DNA of 37,917 nt, taken from positions 1,549 to 39,465 of the forward strand of contig BLSG01000266.1 in NCBI GenBank assembly GCA_012862495.1, in the 5' to 3' direction. This DNA comes from Thraustochytrium aureum. Lineage: Eukaryota. A program made the translations under genes and the position numbers. Below are positions 32,475 through 37,917 of this stretch, one piece after another. Positions within the stretch are counted from its first letter, which is position 1. Each line of letters starts with the position of its first letter. The notes under the pieces are model-generated. The model had not been told where the DNA came from and did no database searches. It saw only the letters and a list, made by a program, of their open reading frames with translations.

Positions 32475-33248
32475 TTCTCCGCCGTGTAGGCGCGCGTTTC
32501 CGGGTCGTTCAGGCAGAGGACCTGGCCACGGTCCTCGGCGTGGACCGCCGCATCGAGCGACATTCCGTCGCACGCGCCCCGAAGCTGCTGCTTTGTGACG
32601 CGCAGACCGAGCCACGAAGCGCGCAGGCAGCGCTCGGCCAGCGCCGTCGCAGCCTGCTCGAGCTCTGCGTCCGGGACGACGCGGCTCACGATGCCGAGCC
32701 GCAGTGCCTCCGCGGCGTTGATGGGGTCGCCCGTCATGAGAATCTCTGCGGCCATTGCAGGGCCGCAGAGGCGGGGTAAAAAGTAGCTCGACCCGAGCTC
32801 GCATCCCGAAAGGCCAATGTTGATAAAAGCCGCGTTCATCTTGGCGCTCTCGCCAGCTACTCGGAGGTCGCAGGCGAGGGCGAGGCTGAAGCCGCCGCCG
32901 GCTGCTGCGCCGTGCACGGCGGCGATGACGGTCTGCGGCATGCGCGCGATGAGCAGTATCACCTTGCTGAAGCGCTCTTGGTTGTAAATACGCGACGAGT
33001 CCCACTTGGTGCCGCCGACGCCGAGCGCGTTCGCCAGCAAGTCGGCCCCGGCGCAGAACGCGCGTCCGGCCCCGCGCAGGATCACCACGCGCGCCTTCGG
33101 TCGGCCTCGACGCGGCTCAGCTCGGCGTACAGCTCTCCCATCAGTTCGACCGTCATCGCATTCAGCTTGGTGGCCTGTTGAGCGTCACCGTCACCAGTTG
33201 TCCGTCGTGCGAGGTCTCGCTCAGCAGCGTGCCATACGCCGCCGCCAT
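32475..33248 (-). CDS. Enoyl-CoA hydratase/isomerase (crotonase superfamily); frameshifts at ~33172 and ~33092; 3' end in gap
   Basis: Reconstructed N-terminus MAAAYGTLL...VTVTLNR(P)TKLNAMTVELMGEL, then VILRGAGRAFCAGADL, IAAVHGAAAGGGFSLALACDLRVA, GLSGCELGSSYFLPRL and ILMTGDPINAAEALRLGIVSRVVP. Confidence 0.93.
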
Positions 33249-33525
33249 CGCGCCGTCGCCGAAGCTTTCGCCAACTGCCCAAGGCACTCCCGCGCGTTGG
33301 CAAGGAGCTACCTACTCCCCTGGCGACGTGGGCGCCGGAGTCCTGCCGACAATGTCTCTCTGCCAACACTCTGCCGCTGCAAGAGCAGACATGGTGCGCG
33401 CGATCCGCACAACTTTGTGCTGTTCAGGAAGAGGACCGCAGTGCGTGCTCGTTCTGCACAATCGGGCCGTTTAACGTCTTTCTCGTGGCCGGCTTCCCCC
33501 CCTCGTCGCAGCGGCAGACCGCCAA

Positions 33526-33678
33526 CTGCACAGCGCGCCATCGAGTCCGCCACGCGGCCACCTAGTCTGCACAGCACGCCATCGAGTCCGCCGCGCGGCC
33601 ACCCAGTCTGCACAGCACGCCAACTGCACAGCGCGCCGTCGAGCCCTGCACAGCACGCTATCGAGTTGACGCGCGGCC
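33526..33678. repeat. Degenerate 41-bp minisatellite
   Basis: Two near-identical 41-mers (33526-33566 and 33567-33607: CTGCACAGCRCGCCATCGAGTCCGCCRCGCGGCCACCYAGT) are followed by three partial copies, each starting CTGCACAGC. Confidence 0.88.
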
Positions 33679-33851
33679 GTCGTGGCCCACCAGCGCTGCC
33701 AATCAGAGTGCCATTTATTCCTCCAGCCGGCCTGTCATAGAGTCTGCCAGCGCTGCCGGCCTGTTACTCCTCCAGCGGGCCTGCCGCACAAGAGTCCGTC
33801 AGCCGCGGGTTGCAGGAAGCACCGCGAGTCGTTGAGCCAGCCTATCCACGA

Positions 33852-33929
33852 AACACGAACAGCACGAACAGCACAAGCAGCACGAGCAGCACCAGCAGCA
33901 CCAGCGGCCAGTCAGTCAGTCAGTCAGTC
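33852..33929. repeat. 9-mer tandem (agcacgaac/agcaccagc) and (CAGT)n microsatellite just upstream of DNAAF1
   Basis: acacgaacagcacgaacagcacaagcagcacgagcagcaccagcagcaccagc is followed by cagtcagtcagtcagtcagtc. Confidence 0.85.
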
Positions 33930-33956
33930 TATCAGGAAAAGAGCCCGGCAAGAAAG

Positions 33957-35310
33957 ATGGTGGGCCAAGAGATGACGGCCAAGGCGCTGCGCGAGTCGTG
34001 CGACAAGAACAAGCTGTACCGCACAGCCAGGCTGAACGACAAGCTCTACTTGCACTACGTTGGGTGGGACAGGATCCAGAACCTCGAGGAGTACACGGGA
34101 CTCAAGGTGCTATGGCTCGAGGGGAACGGCCTCCTGCGCATTGAAGGGCTAGAACAACAGACCGAGCTGCGCACGCTGTACCTGCAGGAGAACGTCATTG
34201 AGAAAATCGAAAACCTCGAGAACCAGACGCAGCTTGACACGCTCAACCTGGCGCAAAACTTTGTGAGCACGATCGAAAACCTGAGCCACATGAAGCAGCT
34301 CAAGACACTCATGCTCCCCCAGAACAAGCTCGCAAGCGCGGAAGCCGTTGCGCACGTGGTCGAGCTCCCCTCGCTTTCGTGCCTGGACATCCAGAAAAAC
34401 AAGATCGACGACCCGGCCATCATCGATATCCTCGAGCAATGCCCAAACCTGGCCGTGCTCTATTTGCAGGGGAATCCGGTCGTCAAGCAGATCCGCTTCT
34501 ACCGCAAAACGGTGATTGCGCGCCTGAAAAGCTTAAAGTACCTCGATGACCGCCCCGTCTTTCCCGAGGAGCGCTTGCGCGCCGAAGCGTGGTGCCGGGG
34601 CCTGGCCGAAGGAGGGGTCGATGCCGCACGAGACGCCGAGAAGGCCGAGATCGAACGGCAGCGCATCGAGAAGCGCGAAAAGGGAGGATCGCAACTTTCG
34701 CGCATTCGAAGCTATGATGCTGGAGGGCAAGCGCATTCGCCAAGAACGCGAGGCGGCCGAGGCTGGTGCCGCCGCAGCTGTTTGCCCACCGGTTGCCCCG
34801 GGGTTGGCCTCGGAATCTGCAGCCGTTTCGGAGCTCGAGGCGGAAAGCCCCAATCCGGCTTCGGACGAGCCCCTCATCAACCCGCACTCGGGCGAGCCGG
34901 TTTTGGTCCGTGAAGAAGACCCCATGTGCAAAGCTTTCCGTGAAGAAAAGCTGCGGCGCGCGGAGGAGCGGGCAGCGGGCCAAGGCGCTCCAGCAACTTT
35001 GGCAGCCGCAGAGCCGCTCGAAGACGCTGTAGCCCCGCCTCCTGCCGCCCCGTTCACAGAGGCTGCAGCTAGCGGAGCAAGGAACAACGCCCCAGCAGCT
35101 CCTTGGCAGCCTGTTGCCGACTCGGCAGGGCTGGAGACGCCCGAATTGGTTTCGGTTGAGCCGCCGGCTGCACCTCCAGGGTTAGGCGATGGTAGTCGTC
35201 AAAACAACGCGAGCCCCGTTCTTGGGGATGAGCGAGCCCGGGGAGAACGCGCTACGTCGCCATCACCTCTAGAACCCAGCGCGGATGATGAGCTGGACGA
35301 GCTGGATTGA
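33957..35310 (+). CDS. DNAAF1: Dynein axonemal assembly factor 1 (LRRC50/ODA7), LRR protein; frameshift at ~34682
   Basis: [57 protein letters not shown]22-type LRRs, and the LRRcap [41 protein letters not shown] followed by GGVDA are diagnostic of ODA7/DNAAF1. The tail ends in acidic DDELDELD. Confidence 0.95.
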
Positions 35311-35339
35311 TTTTGATTTGGATTGGATTGATAAATTGA
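35305..35339. repeat. GATT/GATTT-rich tract (AATC-rich on the minus strand)
   Basis: ggattgattttgatttggattggattgataaattg overlaps the DNAAF1 stop and lies ~120 nt past the stop of the convergent minus-strand gene. Confidence 0.8.
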
Positions 35340-35456
35340 AAGAAAATAAGAAATGAGAAAGGGGAGCCATGATGCGCTTCAATTCCACGCCCATTGGCAA
35401 ATGGAAATCGACTCACCTGTGCGGCGTTGAGAGCCGCCTTCCGTGCAACGATGCCG

Positions 35457-37649
35457 TCACTCATAGATAGGGACAAAGGTGTTGAACGCAGCCTCGGCAA
35501 AGGCGCCAGGGTCATTGAACCGCTTGTTCTGGTTCAGCGCAGAGATCGCTTCCATTTCCTCATCAGACAGTTCGACCTTGAACGCCTCAAGGTTGGAGGC
35601 GATGTGAGCAGCGCTGTTCGACTTGAACACCGCCCCCGTGCCACGCTGCAGAGCCCAGCGCAGCACGACCTGGTGGGGCGTGGCGTTTCGTTTGGCGGCG
35701 ATGGCCGTCACGGTCGGGTTGTCGAGGACGCTGCTGTCGTCCGTCGCCATGCCGATCTCGACGTAGCTGGCGTGGCCGAGCGGCGAGAAACCCACGACCT
35801 TGATGCCGTTCTCCTTGGCAAAGCGGAGCAGCTTGTGTTGCGAGTTGAGCGGATGGAGCTCCACTTGGAGGACGGCCGGGGGAAACTTGGCATAGGCGAT
35901 GATGTCGCGGAGCTGCTGAATGTTAAAGTTGCAGACGCCAATGCTGCGGGCGCGGCCCACGACGACCATCTCCTCCATATTACGCCAGGTCGTTTGGATG
36001 GGGATTCGGTCGAGCTCGATGCGCGGGTTTTCGGCCTCTGGATCGAAGAACCACTCGGGCGGGTACCGCTTCGCGAAAGGGACAAAGCGCTGTGAGATCG
36101 GGAAGTGGATCATGTACAAGTCGACATAGTCGAGCTGGAGGTCTTGCAGCGTCTTGTTGAGCGCGGCTTCGACATGCTCGCCATGGTACGTGTTCCAAAG
36201 CTTGGAGACCACAAAGAGGTCCTCGCGCTTGACGAGGCCGGCGGCGATGGCCTGTTTGATGCCCTCACCCACCTCAACCTCGTTGCCGTAGTCGCAGGCG
36301 CAGTCGAGATGGCGTACACCGGCCTTGATGGCTTGCACGACAACCTCGGCCGTCGTCGCCTTGGGAACCTTCCAAAACCCGAGGCCGAGGCGGGGCATAA
36401 AGTCGCCGTTGTACAGCCGCTCAAGCACCGGGGTCCCCACAGCAGCCGCCTCGAGGGCGCGTGAGGAGGCGAAGGTGCCCCCAAGCGGGGACCGCCCCAC
36501 CGAGGCGAGTACGCGGCGGGGCGAATCGTAGGTGTTGCGCGAGTGCATGGCGACACGGTTGTCCACGATGATAACGTCGCCTACTTGCCACGGCACGGCC
36601 ACCTTTTCGCGCTCCATAAACTCGAAAACGCCTTGCAGGGCTTCTGGCTCGATCGGGGTGTTGTCGCCGTAGCGAACCGCCTTGAGGGGGTCGTTGCGTG
36701 AGTCGACCCAGCCCTTGAATGCTGCCACCACGCTGTTGAAGAAGGTCTTTTTGGACCCGTCGCCGGGGACGGACCGCACGGCGGGGAGCACGCCGGTCGT
36801 CGTGGTCAGGTCGCCGTTTGGGAGCCACTCCCAGCTGTGCCCCATCGAGCGCATCTTGTTCTCGGCCTCCTCCTTGCTAGCCACGAGAAAGGTGTTCCTC
36901 CAGGAGCGTCCGATCGCGCTGGTCTCGTCGTCCTCGCTCGGCATCGTGCGCATGTAGCGCACGCCGAGGCGTTCGATCTTGTCGCAGGTTGCTGGAAAGG
37001 CGCTCCTGAGGAACTTGTACACCTCGTTGGACATGATCAGCGGCGTCTGGCCGCCCGCCTCGGGCGCGACCTCGCAGTAGAACATCACGTAGGAGGGCGG
37101 GTGGAGCGTCTGCGCCATCTCGTGGTGGAAGGGGATGGGCTCGCTCGGGGGCGACTCGTTGGCCGTGAACACGGTGTCTCCCACGATGTTGCGCCGAACA
37201 GCGGCGCCCCCCACGTAAGGCATGTTCTCAAGCTTGAGGTTGTGCACCACGTCTGCAAAGTCCTCGGGCTTGTTGATTGCAAACCCGCGCAGCAGAACGG
37301 CGCCGTGGGCGCGAGCCAGGTCGAGGAGCTGGTCTTTGTTGCGCTCCACGACGCCGGGGCCCGTGTCCTTGTCCTCCTTCGAGGCTGGGCCCAGGGTGAG
37401 CGGGAAAACGTTGCCCTCGACGACTTTGGCGTACTCGTTCTTGAGCACGACAAAGCCGTCGCCGACCGTGGCGCCGCACTCGGTGGGCGCGGCGTGGGCC
37501 GACATGATCGTCAGGCTGCTTGCAAGGGCGAAGAGTGCGGCGCGCTTGAGCCAGGAGCTAGCTGCGAAGGCTTGTTTTGTTGCGGCCGTGGTTGCGCGGT
37601 TTGGGGTTTGTTGGCGCTGCGCTGCTGGCAGCACCTCTGCTGGTTGCAT
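35457..37649 (-). CDS. Fusion protein: TauD/clavaminate-synthase-like Fe(II)/2-oxoglutarate dioxygenase + aldo/keto reductase (xylose reductase/mannose-6-phosphate reductase-like)
   Basis: Single uninterrupted 730-aa ORF. The TauD half has HGAVLLRGF, YVGGAAVR, VFTANESPP, IPFHHEMAQ, GGQTP, GRSWRNTF, FFNS and WQVGDVIIVDNRVAMHSR. The AKR half has MPRLGLGFWK, HLDCACDYGNE, SKLWNT, DYVDLYMIHFP, RSIGVCNF, QVELHP and FSPLG. An alternative start is the ATG at 37505. Confidence 0.93.
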   Translation of the reverse strand: MQPAEVLPAAQRQQTPNRATTAATKQAFAASSWLKRAALFALASSLTIMSAHAAPTECGATVGDGFVVLKNEYAKVVEGNVFPLTLGPASKEDKDTGPGVVERNKDQLLDLARAHGAVLLRGFAINKPEDFADVVHNLKLENMPYVGGAAVRRNIVGDTVFTANESPPSEPIPFHHEMAQTLHPPSYVMFYCEVAPEAGGQTPLIMSNEVYKFLRSAFPATCDKIERLGVRYMRTMPSEDDETSAIGRSWRNTFLVASKEEAENKMRSMGHSWEWLPNGDLTTTTGVLPAVRSVPGDGSKKTFFNSVVAAFKGWVDSRNDPLKAVRYGDNTPIEPEALQGVFEFMEREKVAVPWQVGDVIIVDNRVAMHSRNTYDSPRRVLASVGRSPLGGTFASSRALEAAAVGTPVLERLYNGDFMPRLGLGFWKVPKATTAEVVVQAIKAGVRHLDCACDYGNEVEVGEGIKQAIAAGLVKREDLFVVSKLWNTYHGEHVEAALNKTLQDLQLDYVDLYMIHFPISQRFVPFAKRYPPEWFFDPEAENPRIELDRIPIQTTWRNMEEMVVVGRARSIGVCNFNIQQLRDIIAYAKFPPAVLQVELHPLNSQHKLLRFAKENGIKVVGFSPLGHASYVEIGMATDDSSVLDNPTVTAIAAKRNATPHQVVLRWALQRGTGAVFKSNSAAHIASNLEAFKVELSDEEMEAISALNQNKRFNDPGAFAEAAFNTFVPIYE

Positions 37650-37917
37650 CTTCCGTCGGTTCGGGGCTGCTCTGCTCGCCGGCGTCCCTCGGACGTTGGC
37701 CAGGGCGAGTTTACTGTTTGGTCTGGCGCTGTCGGCGGGTTCGTGCGTGCGTCGTCGGAGCGTTTCTTGCTGTCTGCTCTGCGCGCAGCCCTAGCTAGAG
37801 CTAGCTCGAGCAGGTAGGTCGTACCGATGGGTTTGCTCTCAATTCGAACCCGTCATACCGCCTGCACCTGCTCGGCAAGCGTATCCAATTGTACGGGCGG
37901 GGAGTCTGTTGGTAGAC

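Noticed and set aside
33526..33678. Repeat array considered as a CRISPR array
   Set aside because: The units are adjacent tandem copies without unique spacers, no cas genes are present, and the context is eukaryotic.
31424..37649. HAD hydrolase, enoyl-CoA hydratase and TauD-AKR as a metabolic gene cluster
   Set aside because: DNAAF1 sits between them, there is no core synthase or shared regulatory motif, and proximity is expected in a gene-dense genome.

Overview
Gene-dense, GC-rich eukaryotic genomic DNA from a gapped draft assembly. It has eight large N-gaps and many single-base frameshifts, mostly at homopolymers, which look like sequencing errors. The compact layout, rare short GT-AG introns with CTAAC branch points, intergenic microsatellites and a DNAAF1/ODA7 gene point to a flagellated protist. 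A thraustochytrid/labyrinthulomycete-like stramenopile is my inference only. About 16 protein-coding genes can be read: a carnosine N-methyltransferase (N2227) homolog, a CPA2 cation/H+ antiporter, an ARM + LamG protein, a beta-propeller lactonase, a divergent RBBP4/MSI1, an EF-hand/coiled-coil protein, a long coiled-coil protein, a small unknown protein, an H2A-like histone-fold protein, a large multi-pass EF-hand membrane protein, a HAD hydrolase, an enoyl-CoA hydratase, DNAAF1, a TauD-aldo/keto reductase fusion, and two related unknown proteins. Those two (8558-10779 and 22638-25465) are the most interesting signal. They share an unrecognised domain (Y-x-RN...KNL-x-CFP-x-C ... S-x-x-F-x-I-x-x-x-R), preceded by an acidic N-terminus and followed by a basic NLS-like patch, which is a transcription-factor-like layout. 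One carries a C-terminal TM2 membrane domain and the other a lipocalin/FABP-like barrel, suggesting a modular family of sensor-regulators. No rRNA, tRNA, CRISPR array or transposase was recognised.
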